A DNA stretch of 60,400 nt, counting the filler, from Hausera hauseri (Eukaryota), in NCBI GenBank assembly GCA_046269625.1. It is 11 parts of 11 records of this genome, joined end to end, with 100 filler letters (N's around TTAATTAATTAA, not from the genome) between each part and the next. Parts side by side here need not be neighbours in the genome. Positions count along the whole stretch, not along the records: positions 8,532 to 15,009 come from JBJURY010083213.1; positions 15,110 to 21,646 come from JBJURY010089654.1; positions 21,747 to 26,244 come from JBJURY010552783.1; 8 more parts are not named here. One strand, 5' to 3'. Position numbers and translations under genes: made by a program. The number at the start of each line of letters is the position of its first letter. Position 1 is the stretch's first letter. The notes beneath the pieces are model-generated. The model worked only from the letters and a program-made list of their open reading frames with translations, was not told the origin of the DNA and ran no database searches. Positions 10,991 to 22,799 of this stretch are shown here, piece after piece.

Positions 10991-13850
10991 TTATTTTTCC
11001 CCAATGTCAGCCAAATTGTTCCTAACTTCCTGCAATGAGCGGGAAGGTGCTGGAGTGGGTATACAATGTGTAAGGTGGTACCAAACTGCCCCTTTTTTGC
11101 CTTTTAATTTAACGGTGTGGGTGGTCACCTCACTGACCTCCCACGGACCAGACCACCTGGGCTCTGTCCACTTTCTTTTGTGGACTTTCACCCTTACCCA
11201 GTCTCCAGGCTTCACAGTCTTCAGCTGTGCTTCATCATCACCATCATCATCAAGAGGGGGCTCACTCCTCTGCACCTGTGTGGACAAAACTCGAGTAAGA
11301 TTAGTTAGGGTCCTCATATATTCATCCTCCTCAATTTGCCACAATTCCAATGCTGGTCCGGTAACACACTCCCTGGGAGGGCTAGGCATTTTTCTCCCAG
11401 GTAACAGCTCATGTGGGGACAAATGTGTCTTGTCCCTTTCTTCTGACCTCATTGCCATGAGGGCAAGTGGTAGGGCATCGACCCAGGTAAGCTTGCTCTT
11501 ATGGCAAATCTTAGCAATTTTTCTTTTTATTGTCTGATTGGCCCTTTCGACCAGTCCTTGGGAGGATGGGTGATAGACTGCTCCGAATTTGTGTGTTATT
11601 CCCAAATGTGTTTCTACTTCTCTTAGATGTTTGCTAATAAAATGTGTGCCATTGTCGGCTTTTTGTGCTATGAATTCACAATCGTGTGGTTCTAGATCAT
11701 TATGTGGCAGGTTTTTAGCCATGTTGACAGTCTCCTTGTGGGAGTAGGTGATGTGTGGCTGTGTTAGTGTGTCGCTGATCCTCATTTTTCTGGTAGGAGA
11801 GAGCGTAAATGCCATAGATGTGAGAAAGGCTACTACACCATGGTTTGTATTATTGGTTAGAGGGTGACACATCACTAGGTGAGCTGTTTTGTCTACTGCT
11901 TTTGCTAGAGCTGCTATATGTCTAGTGCAGTGGGTCTGGCCCTGTTCCATGATGTCTAATTTTGAACTGTGATACATTAAGACATTTCTATAACCTTCCC
12001 TCCCCCCTTTCTGAAAAAGGATGGCATTGACAATTCCATTCTTTTCAGAAACATCCAGGAAAAAAGGTATGTTGTAGTCTGGTGCCTGCAGGTGCGCTGC
12101 CTGGGCAAGTGCCTGTTTTAGTTCAATAAATGACCTTTCCGCACCCTCTGTCCACATTATTTTAGCACCCAGGTTCCTATGTCCCACCGTAGCTAGGCAA
12201 TTTCTTAAAGGTTGAGTGAGACCCACGTAGTCAAAAATGAAATGTCTACTATATCCTGTAAGTCCTAAAAAGGCTAGCAAGTCCTTGACTGTGTTTGGCC
12301 TACCATGGTGTAAAATAGACTGTCTTTGTGTGTCAGTTAGAGTATGTCCTGTGCCAGAAATTTGTCTGCCTAAAAAAGTGACTACAGGTCTGCATACTTG
12401 TAGTTTGTCCTTTTTTACCTTGTAGCCTAAATCAGACAAGTGATTTAACAGGGTTAGGGTAGTGGTTAAACAACTGTCACTGTCTGTTGAAGCTATTAGT
12501 AGGTCATCAACATACTGGATTAGGACAGTACCATCAGGTAAAGTAAGATTTGATAGGTCAGAGTTCAAGGCAGCATTGAAAAAACCAGGGCTATCCTTGT
12601 AACCTTGTGGAAGTCGATTATACGTATATTTCTGTCTATTGTACGTGAATGAGAAAATATCTTGACAGTCTGGTTGTAAAGGTAGGCAAAAGAAGGCATT
12701 GGCTAGGTCGATTACAGTGAAACAACAATGTTCTGGTGATAGATTTTGTAAGGCCAGATAGGGATCAGGGACCGGGATGTTTTCAGTGATGGTGGCATTG
12801 TTAATTTCTCTAAGGTCATGAGCCATTCTCCAACCTTTTCCCTCTCCCATTGGAACTGGCAGGATTGGAGTATTCCAATTTGAGGTGGAATGTCTAAGGA
12901 CACCAGCTCTCAATAGACCAGTTATGGTCTGATCGATGCCTGTGATCTGTTCAGGTTTTAAGGGATATTGCGGGCGCCAGACAGGTGCGACATCAGGTTT
13001 TAATCGCACCTTAACTGAATGATTCATTACAAAACCAACATCAAAAGGGTCAACTGTCCAGATTTTTTTTTTTTCAGGGACCTTGGCCAGGTAAGAATTA
13101 GCTAGTTCATGATCACTATGTTCGCGGCCATGGTGCCTGCTCAACTGTTGTTCCTCTAAGATTGCTGTGTCATTACATGTGTGTGAGATTTTCCAAAACA
13201 AGTCATCTGTAGACCTATGTAAATTTGTGATTTTGGTTGGCACATAGACACAGGCAATGGCTTGCTTTACCATGGGACCCAGGGAACGAGCTTCGAAACC
13301 ATGACCTATTGCTAATGTGACATGAGGATGTGTGGGGTGGCCAAGGCATTCTACAAACCACTGTAGCTGGTCATCAGTAAGGCTAACACTGGCAGCTACT
13401 CCAGCCTGGCTGACGTAAATGTCTGTGATATTTAAAGATTCCAACTGTCCCTCCTTCTCATCTTCCCAGGCCTGTTGATACTGTTCATCTGGGACACGTA
13501 GATAGTTGTATGTGCAATGTAAGGGATCAATGAATGGGCAGTGTGCACCAATGGAAAAAATCCAAGGCTTCCAGGACAGATATGATTTCAAAATTTTGGG
13601 GCTATCCTGGCCCGCAGACATCAGTCTGGACCAGAATATACTAGTGTTTTGACTACATAAAGCAATGTCAGGTGTATGTGACATAAACAGAATTCGTGCA
13701 TGATCTGGGATAGGGTGTGGTTGTAATGTCAATCTTAAGCCTTCCTTGGTGCAGTAGATAGTAGCCCCCAGTTTAGTTAATAAATCTCTCCCTAGTAAAT
13801 TGATTGGGCAATTAGGGGCAAATAGAAAAGAGTTGGTGATGGTTTGTTGT
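10991..13850 (-). pseudogene. pol: ERV pol: protease C-terminus, 2H phosphoesterase-like insert, RT, tether, truncated integrase
   Basis: [11 protein letters not shown] at about 13780-13810; [18 protein letters not shown]; [25 protein letters not shown]. Confidence 0.95.
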
Positions 13851-13859
13851 ATTCGTCAG

Positions 13860-14995
13860 TAGGGGGTTCACACCTCTGGGCCTGTGAGGACAAAACTAAT
13901 TCAAATTTAGTTACAGTCAGTATTGAAAACATTAGGCTCCTGTTTAATAAACGTACACTCAGAACCAAAAAACTCAGTACATCCAAACTTAAGTATCAAC
14001 CATCAAACAATATGTCAATACACGCCAATTCTGGAAAGATTAAAACAAATTAAGAACATGAAGATCATGAAAAATTTGCAATTCAGGATGAGAAAACCTG
14101 GACAACCATTCCCAAACACCTTTTAAAACTCTAAAATTATATTCCATTTCTGAACTAAATCAAATCCTGATAAGATTATAAGAACTGGAGCAAGTTATCA
14201 AAGGGCACCAGTATCTGATTACTTGAGTAAAATTTACTGACAACATAAAACTAAAATCTAAAAAATCATCAGGACCTGACAAAATCCTGAATTAAAAACT
14301 CTAAATTTCACTTGGCGACATGGAAAAGTCTGTAAGTTGGTTCTGAGTGTAGGTTTCTTTCCTAAAATATGGGATCAAGATCTTATAACACCAATCAATA
14401 TCGAATCATGATATTCCAGAAAAGATCCAGATCCTGGGGAAAGCAAACGTGTTTTCTTTGGGAAAAACAGAGCCTTTTATGCCAATTTTAAAATATTTGA
14501 TAAATATTTCCAATTTGTGTCTTTTTTATATATTTAATAATTTAACTGATTTCTCATATTTGAGTGAGTTATGAGGTTCTCTTACACATGCTCAATTCTA
14601 TATTTGGGACAAACATTAATTAGAGACTTTGCACACAGAGTTTTGTAAAAACCTCCTAAAAGGACCGATACACAAACAACCAGATTATGAGAATAAGACA
14701 CACAAACTAGGGATAAACAACTGAATTATTGGGAAACTGAAATCAAGTAAATTTTAGTTAGTTATTTGGTCCTTAAACAGACTGCAGATTATGTGAACTC
14801 AGTATCCGACCCTATAATGAGAAACACCTTTACAAGGTCCAGACTGAGCACACACGAGCTGGCCGTGGAAATGGGGCACCACACCCGGTTACCCTGGTTG
14901 TCTTGAGAGTAGAGATAACAGTACTGCACCCACAGTACAGAATAGTTGGAGCTACACTTCCTCACCCAGTGTACCAGGTACCAACACATTTGCTC
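13860..14995 (+). mobile_element. Highly decayed LINE ORF2 fragment (L2/Crack/Daphne-like) truncating the ERV
   Basis: SGPDKIL, FPKIWDQDLITPI, and C-terminal RLSTHELAVEMG..ELHFLTQC..Y motif. Confidence 0.6.
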
Positions 14996-15499
14996 CCATT
15001 TATTTTTATNNNNNNNNNNNNNNNNNNNNNNNNNNNNNNNNNNNNNNNNNNNNTTAATTAATTAANNNNNNNNNNNNNNNNNNNNNNNNNNNNNNNNNNN
15101 NNNNNNNNNCTGAAATATCGTGGGGTTGTTATAAGTCACAGTAGTAGTTTTCTGGAGGCATTAAGAATGTTAGATAACATAAATCTTCAGCGCTACTTTT
15201 TGCTTAATTTCGCTCCTGGATTATCGATTACGTTGACTAGCTAGCGAAGAATTTGTGGGTTATTTATTGCATTTATTGAGACCTCATCTCTCTCACCAAA
15301 TATGCTTTTATTAATAGTTAATGCTTCCAATATATATTTTTCTGCCAGTAGATCCATTGTTTCCATCACTGTCATGGTGGACACAGAGCAATCACTGCTC
15401 TTGCATTAAAAAAAACATGCTCCCTGGTTTTCTTTATTATTTTTCTTCGACCCTCTTTTGTGAACTCCTTTTTTTATTTTTATTTAAACTCTCAACTCT

Positions 15500-15645
15500 C
15501 CGTAGCGTTTTGTATTTTATGTTATTTTTGCATTGCCTCGTGTGCGGACTTTTGCATTTTGTATTATTTTTCCATCGCCTCGTGTGCGGTATTTTTAATT
15601 TTACATTATTTTTTCATCGCCTCGTGTGCAGTATTTTTTATTTTT
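15500..15645. repeat. 42-bp tandem repeat (about 3 copies) in the retroelement leader
   Basis: GCCTCGTGTGC recurs at about 15535, 15577 and 15619. Confidence 0.85.
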
Positions 15646-16275
15646 TATTATTTTTTGTCTTTGTTAGCGTGGTTTTGTCTTTTTAATTTAATTTAGTTAT
15701 GCTTTTTCCACGGTCCTCGACTCATGTTAAAACCCTAGTCTTGACTCACCAATTTCGTCTTTTAAGAAGGTCCCTAACACTCTTCCAGCAAAACGTTAGC
15801 TGAGCTACCACGTGACCTCGTCTACATGGATTACTACCAACCCGTCGGTCGATAGGGGGCGCGCTACTGCAGAGATAACTAGGATTTTTTCTTCTTCACT
15901 TTTCTCATTTATCATTTCTCTTTACTTTTCATCTTATTTCTCTTTTTCACTTCCTTTAATCTTAGCGCTTTCTCTTTTTGTTAATCTGTACTCTTTTGTA
16001 CGAGTTACCCGATTATTCTGCACACTTTAAGCTCCGTGCTCAATGCCCCAGTGTTCATTTTAACCTTAGCTTCTAACACGCCTTTTATTTCAGGAGACAG
16101 TGCACCGTGCACATCCAGAGGTTTCAATTTGGTTTACGGCCGAATAGCGGAGATTTTGAGCCTTTCGGCCAACTTAGGTAACCCGCTTACCTGATTTGTG
16201 AGGCCTCTCCTCTGGATGTAAACAGTCGCTCTGCTCGTGGGTCGAATCTCACCGCTGCTCGTGTGCTCACTGATC

Positions 16276-16295
16276 ATCACGTCGGACGGTCACCA
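16276..16295 (-). promoter_or_regulatory. Primer binding site, tRNA-Trp-like
   Basis: TGGTGACCGTCCGACGTGAT versus the tRNA-Trp complement TGGTGACCCCGACGTGAT. Confidence 0.75.
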
Positions 16296-17152
16296 TCTGA
16301 AGGATTCGCTGTATTCAGTGTGATCGGAGCACAGAATTCGAGGAGCACTTCACCTTAGTATAAAAGATTTAATTGAACACAAAGTTAAAGTATGCAGAAA
16401 TTACATGTAATCAGAATGCATTCTGAGGAACAAGACAGACCGAACCTTGTGTTCTGTTCTCCTGAAGTTGTTCAACGTGTCTCTGCACGTCAAGAGTTAT
16501 TTATAGAGTTTATCATGTCCCGCCCCTGTCAGAGTGGACAGACCTTTGATTGGGTGTCAAAACCTCATGATGGTCAGAGTGACACCGAGCTCCAGCCAAT
16601 CACCGGAGTGGGTCACGTTACTATGGTTACTCTGAAGGCCGCAGACGGCTTACACATTCTTTCGACTGATAACGGCTAATTTATGATGATGTTTTGAGCT
16701 CAGGAACACTTAATATCACGCTTGTTCAGAGTGGGTTTCATTGTCTGCATTAACCTGTTAACACTCTTGTGGAGCTTTTAAGCATTAACTATTATTAAAG
16801 TAAGAACCTGAGAGATTTACTTAGTCAAACTTATTAAGTATAAACTATATAAATGTTGTGATTTAGTTTTATTTATGTTACTCAATGTGTGTGTAGGGTG
16901 AGCGGCCAAGACACCATGTGCTGAGAGAACAAAGGACTCTTCCCTCCTGAGCAGATAGTATCTTACCTGCACCCAAACTGTTTGATTATTTTGTAGTTGA
17001 ATCAAATGTGAACTTGTAAGATTATCCTTATCGAATGTGAGATTATATATGAAGGTAAAGTAATTAGGAAAAGTAATTGATTAACACTTTAACTGACTAT
17101 AGGCAACACTTGATAGAAAACATAAAAAGGTATAAAAATATGAAATCCAACA

Positions 17153-18512
17153 AAAGTGATGTGTAAGCATGTTAAAGTGCAATAATAACTGTCTTCTCAG
17201 TTTTAAGTTGTTTCCGGTTTTTAGTTTTTGACCTTGTGATATTTAAACCGCCATTCTAAATCAGCCATGACAAAGTTCTGTCTTAGTTTCATCAAAGTCA
17301 TTAGGACTTGGTCTACAACAGGCACTGACAATGAAACAAGAAAATTGTTGTAGGCAGGTTACAAGTGTGTGAAACCATGAGTGGAATCCCTGTATACAAG
17401 AGGGAGTCTGCATCACTCTGTAAAATGTTGTCTGAAACAGGGTGTGGCAGTGCTGGGGATGGTGCCCTCATTCCACATGTGATGGTGGACCTTTTAGAAT
17501 AGCTGTGTTCCTCCAGCCCTGGATCTGACTGTTGTGTTTGGGCATCAAAGAATGATGACGTTGATGTTGAGCACAGCTCCTCATTCTTCTCCACCTCATG
17601 CTCATCTGAACGTAGCAATAACACATATAATTCTTAATGTAAGATGCATTAAGGTTTTACCATAGCATTATAGCATTTACCCTCCCATCATATTTACTTG
17701 GGGAGGACCCACAGTCCCCCATCCCTTGCATGCAACATCTACTAAGCTCTCCAGGAAATTTAGGAAAACTTGGTACATTACATAAGATTTTTAAAAAATG
17801 CCTCAGGGATTATTCATAAACAGTTCTGTTGTTAAACTACAATATTTTTAGTTTTTTGCTGCCCTGCTGTCAGTGCCATAAACACAGGTTGTATTTTTAC
17901 TGCAGAGAAAATCATAATACCGAAGACAAACAAATACTATAATGCTGTGACCTCCATACACTTGAAATCATACCTGATATTCCTGTCACTGTTTTCAATC
18001 CTTCTGAGGATTTGGCATGTTTTCTCCAGTGGTTTATTCTAGTCTAACCACAAAACAGGATGTAGGTTTTCCTCCGTCTGCCGTTCGACAACAAAGTTAA
18101 ATGAGTACACATATAGCGTTTCGGGGGGTCTCTTCAAGTTCACATTTTTCAGCCACATTCTCTTTACTTCTTCACCTGTAAGTAGATGACGGAAACTATA
18201 CCGGTTTTCATAGGAACACTGTTCTTTTGTTTTGGGTCCATGTTTAAAACCCTGTTGTTGTAGCCACTGATTTAGTTTGGTCTGGTTGTTCATGCATCTG
18301 TGAACACAACAGGTGCCTGGACTCTGGTTGGACATTTTCATAAACTTTACATTTGTTAAATTAATGTCAACAAGACAAAAACAGAGTTTTCTCTGCTAAA
18401 CTGAATGCAAATAACTTGCAAATAAACTGCAGTCCGTACTTTGTCACTATGGTACTGTTGCTTCCGGTGTCTGACAGGAAGTTGTGCACCTAATCATTTC
18501 TACAGTAGAGCC
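17153..18512 (-). mobile_element. PIF/Harbinger (ISL2EU-like) transposon remnant with THAP domain
   Basis: CCVHRC..WLKNVN..YVYSFNF..P.LWL (decayed THAP), followed by LLYTGIP and DQVLMTLMKLRQNF..DL..RF transposase HTH. Cut off by the LTR at 17152. Confidence 0.72.
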
Positions 18513-18649
18513 ATCAGGAATAAGGTGGATAAATAACACCTTTCTCATAATGGATCAACCAGTTTGTTGTTGACGTCCAAAACTAGCTGTTCACATGGTA
18601 AAGGCAGACTATTAGCCTAACAATTGATCATTAGTGCCCTGATGGCCAC

Positions 18650-18880
18650 TTGGTATTTAGAGGGGGCTGAGTGATACTAGCATCAACAGCATTCTAAGAG
18701 GGGGACAGTTGAACATGGAGGCCTTCGCCCCGTTTAAAGACGGTTGTATTTTTTTCACAAAGATGGCTTTCTTCAGTCCTCTTTCAAACCAACGTTCCTC
18801 TCTATCAAGGATGTGAACATCTTCATTTCTGAAAGTGTGACCACTGGCCTGGAGATGAGTGTAGACTGCAGAGTCTACAG
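18650..18880 (-). mobile_element. Penelope-like element, C-terminal half of the GIY-YIG endonuclease
   Basis: DSAVYTHLQASGHTF..VHILDREERWFERGLKKAIFVK..PSLN. Confidence 0.85.
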
Positions 18881-18892
18881 AATCAAAATACA

Positions 18893-20560
18893 TTAAGATA
18901 AGATAGAACTTTATTGATCCTGCAGGAAATTGTTGTGCCAGAGTTTCAGTAAAAAGGACCACACTAAAGGAATCACACAATATATAAAAAATAACAGAGA
19001 ATATAAGAAATACTAGCAATTAAAGTCTAAACAGGTCTGGTGCAGACAGAAACATCCATCCATCCATTATCTTTACCCGCTTCTTCCATTTTGGGTCACG
19101 GGGGTCACCAGTGCCCACGTCCAGCAATCACTGTGTGAGGGGCAGGGTACACCCTGGACAAGTGGCAAGTCTATCACAGGGCCACATAGAAACAAATGAG
19201 ACAAACAACCATTCATTCTCTCACTTACACCTAGGGACAATTTAGTTACCAATCAGCCTAACATACTGTACATGGTTTTGGTCTGTAGGATGAAACTGGA
19301 GTACCAGGAGAAAACCCATGCATGCACGGAGAGAACATGCAAATTACACCCAGAAAGGTCCCCGACCAGTATTTGAACCAGGGTAACCTGCTCGCTGAGA
19401 GGCAGCAGCTCTACCAGTTGTACCGTCGTGCTGTCCAGACAGAAACATTTTTAAGTGATTATTATGGTGCAGGATTAATTTTACTGTCCTGTCTGTAGAA
19501 AGGGGTTGAAAAGCTCAATAGCCACAGGGAGGAAGGGCTTCCTGTGGCATTCTGTGGAGCACCTCTGGTCTCAGTCTACGACTGAAGGTGCTGCGGTAAG
19601 AGTCCAGGGTGTCATGCAGGGTGTGTGATGTGTTGTTCAGGATCTGGAGCAGGTTCCTCAGCATCCTCTGTTCAGACACCTCTGTCAGAGACTGCAGTTA
19701 CACTTCCAAAGCTGAGCCAGCTCTCTTGATAAGTTTGAGTTTGTTGGCATCAGCTTTCTTCAACCTGCTGCCCCAGCACACCACAGCATAAAAGATGGTG
19801 CTGGAAACCACTGAGTGGTAAAACATATGCAGCATGGTAGCAGGTATTAAAGAACCTGATTTTCCTCAGAAGAAAAAGGCGACTCTGCCCTTTCATGTAG
19901 ACGGCGTTGTGTTAGCTGTCTTGTCCAGTTTATTGTCTAGGTGGACCCCCAGGTACTTGTAGCAGTTCACAGTGTCCACCTTAGTATCCTTGATGTTGAT
20001 AGGGTTGTGGGGGGGAGGGCGGGGGGCTGATCTTCTTCCTGTAGTCCACCTGCATCTCTTTAGTTTTTCCAGCATTGAGTTGCAGGTGGTTCTGTCCACA
20101 CCACTCCACAAAGCTGTCCGACCATACTTCTGTATTCAGCTTCCTGGTCACCAGTGCTGCAGCCCACAGTGACAGAGTCATCAGAGAACTTCTGCAGATG
20201 GCAGGATTGTGAGTTGTACCTGAAGTCCGAGGTGTAGAGGAACAGAAACCATGAGAGGACCGTCCCCTGAGGAGCCCCTGTGCTGCTCAGTATGGTTTCC
20301 GAGGTGGTGCTCTGCAGCTTTACATACTGTAGTCGACCTGTGAGGTAGTCTATGATCCAGGTGACCAGCGAGTCCTTCACCTGCATGTCTGAGCAAGTCT
20401 TATGGTGTTAAAAGCACTGGAAAAGTCAAAGAACATGACTTTGACTGCCTGCCCTGTCCAGGTGCATGTAGGCTCTGTGCAGAAGGTAGATGATGGCATC
20501 ATCAGCTCCAATGCATGTCTGGTATGCCAACTGTAGAGGTTCCAGGTATGGTTTCATCAC
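18893..20560 (-). mobile_element. Rex1/Babar non-LTR retrotransposon, 5'-truncated
   Basis: TGAPQGTVLS, CHLQKFSDD, YKYLGVHLDNKL; 3' end GGATCAATAAAGTTCTATCTTATCT. Confidence 0.88.
19043..19448 (-). mobile_element. Fish SINE (Mermaid/HE1-like) nested in Rex1, with a 13-bp TSD
   Basis: (GGAT)n tail, GGGTACACCCTGGACA core; TSD CAGACAGAAACAT at 19043-19055 and 19436-19448. Confidence 0.8.
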
Positions 20561-20574
20561 TGATCTGACTGATT

Positions 20575-20740
20575 ATGGCAAAGACTGGTCCATCCCAAAG
20601 ATCCAGTCCCCCGGCACAGACAGAGAAATGTTGTGTATGCTGTTCAGTGCCAGGAGGGCTGTGATCAGTCTTACATCAGGGAAACTAAACAGCCACTGAC
20701 CAAAAGGATGTCCCAGCACAGAAGAGCAACATCATCTGGC
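20575..20740 (+). mobile_element. Penelope-like element, N-terminal half of GIY-YIG
   Basis: PKDPVP..NVVYAVQCQEGCDQSYIRETKQPL..RMSQHRRATSSG. Confidence 0.85.
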
Positions 20741-21035
20741 TAGGGCTGGGCGATATCTCGATATTTTTAAAATATCGAGATAAATTTATTTTGCAATATA
20801 AGTTGAGACTATCTTGATATAAATGATTTAGTTTTATACTTGGAAATCCTGCAGTCTTCTTTCTCCCAGGCAGTCCCCCTCCCTCTCCTTCACACAGCCT
20901 CTGCCGTGCTCCCACTCCCCTTCCTGCTTCTTCAGTGTGGGCAGCGCCGGGCAGGAGGAGACGTTTAGTAAACACAACAGCTAGCATGTGTGAAGCTCCC
21001 AGCTCCGTCAGATCTGACTCTTTGAAATAAAACAC
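20741..21035 (+). mobile_element. hAT-type DNA transposon terminus
   Basis: Begins TAGGGCTGGGCGATAT with CGATAT subterminal repeats, typical of fish hAT ends. Confidence 0.6.
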
Positions 21036-21175
21036 GGTTCAGAGCTCATTTAGCCATGCTGTATGCCTTTTTAGAGGAACAGAGAGAGGAAGCGCAACAT
21101 TAATAAAGCAGCAGTTTAGCCACTAAGGACCGTATTTTTAGCAATATGATAAAGTGCTGCTTTATTAATCTCATG

Positions 21176-21646
21176 ATCGTTAAATCCTGTTTTTTCCAGC
21201 TGAGGCGATTGTCTAAGCTGAAGCCCATATTATCCAAAAATAACCTGGAGACAGTAATACATGCATTTATTACATCTAGGCTTGATTACTGCAATTCACT
21301 CCTGTTTGGTATCAGTCAGACCACCATTGCACGATTACAACTGGTCCAGAACGCAGCAGCCCAATTTTTAACCAGTACAGGCAAAAGAGAGCACATTACA
21401 CCAGTCTTGGCCTCCCTGCACTGGCTACCGGTTCATCTTTGAATCCAGTTCAAAATTCTCCTGTATGTCTACAAATTGCTGTACAGTCTTGCCGCCCCAC
21501 CCCACCCCCATCTCTCTGATTTGATACACCCGTATGTCCCACCACGTGCTCTGAGGTCAGTGGACCAGTTACTTTTAACAGTTCCAGGAACTCGTCTTAA
21601 ACGCAGAGGTGACAGGACCTTCTCTGTAGCAGGACCAAGACTCTGG
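21176..21646 (+). mobile_element. L2 LINE ORF2 C-terminal fragment
   Basis: HAFITSRLDYCNSLL, LQLVQNAAA, HITPVLASLHWLPV, FSVAGPRLW. Confidence 0.93.
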
Positions 21647-22299
21647 NNNNNNNNNNNNNNNNNNNNNNNNNNNNNNNNNNNNNNNNNNNNTTAATTAATT
21701 AANNNNNNNNNNNNNNNNNNNNNNNNNNNNNNNNNNNNNNNNNNNNGTGTTTGAAACGAATGCTGTGTTCTGAGTACAAGAAAGCAAGCTTAACTGTATT
21801 GCACTTCATATGTTTAATATTGAACAAGTATATATACATAGATTTTTTGTTTTAATAATACAACTTTTTTGGAGATTTGAATTTTAAAGTTTACTACGCC
21901 ATTTTTTAGATTTTGCCTCATTTTGAGATTTTGTTTGTGATATCCCTTACTGTGGTTCGATGGATATTGTGCAATTCTTAACAAATATCGAAAGTTTAAA
22001 GGTTGATGTAAGTTTTCAAATTTTAACATCGAAAATCCAAAATATAGATTGGTCTTTTCTTGATCACATTGGTACCCATTCACTTTATGAATTGATTGGT
22101 CGATTTTCCGAATTATTGTTTATCTTTTCATTGAATACAACTTTAACGCTGAAGGTTGCAGAAGTTTTAAAAGAAGCAGATTTTTCGAAACGAAATGTAT
22201 TTATGTTTTATTTGGAAAGTTTATAGTCTGAATCCTGATTTCAAGTATTTATTGCTGACAGCAATGCGGAATATGCGTCCCAACATTTATTCTAGTGAA

Positions 22300-22513
22300 G
22301 AAATTGTCGTGTCTTACATTGAGGATATTACAAATCTGGTTGGGCTATTTCGGTCAGAAAACTTTTCGCAGTTTCCCGGTCCGTCTCCAACATCTTTATG
22401 AAGTCAAAGTATCTCTCGCATTTTCCAATAAAGGTTTCCACGTTGTCACCTTTCTAGAATTCTTTGGGCATCAATTTCTTCTAGAAGAAGTCACTTGAAG
22501 CGTTGGTCGCCAT
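22300..22513 (-). pseudogene. Possible gag N-terminus remnant
   Basis: Manual translation MATNASSDFF*KKLMPKEF*KGDNVETFIGKCERYFDF resembles Gypsy Gag N-termini. Confidence 0.35.
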
Positions 22514-22799
22514 GTTAGTAGGTCGAGTCTCTACCACCCCAACCTCAGCGTCACTTGAAGATTGTAAAATAGAATTATCCATAAGAGATTTATCATAAAA
22601 GTTTTATATAGCATCTATCCCCTTCACTCATTAAATGAGTCTTATTTTCCTCCTTTTCTGAATTTCCTGACTTTCTATTGGCTATTTATTGAATTAACTT
22701 TTAATTGAATTTAAACATTACTATCCGTTTAAATTTCTCCTCACACTCTTGTCTTCCAATGTTTTATTGTCACAAATCGCGCGAATACACTGAAAAAGT

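Larger units (their letters stand above)
15110..17152 (-). mobile_element. 5' end of an LTR retroelement: about 855-bp LTR (16298-17152), PBS and leader
   Basis: Minus-strand LTR runs TGTTGGATTT...GAATCCTTCA (imperfect inverted ends), with TATA-like CTATAAATAA (about 16500) and ATTAAA (about 16370). PBS follows 2 nt after the LTR. Confidence 0.7.

Noticed and set aside
8942-12425. Plus-strand ORFs over the ERV env and pol
   Set aside because: They are antisense to well-supported retroviral genes and have no motifs.
15500-15645. CRISPR-like array
   Set aside because: The whole 42-bp unit is repeated with no unique spacers, there are no cas genes, and the context is a eukaryotic LTR leader.
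8532-17152. Treating the LTR/PBS at 15110-17152 as the 5' end of the ERV at 8532-13850
   Set aside because: They are on different contigs separated by a spacer, with no shared sequence to link them.
18657-19019. 120-aa ORF as a membrane-anchored nuclease
   Set aside because: It is a chance read-through from the Rex1 3' UTR into the Penelope fragment.
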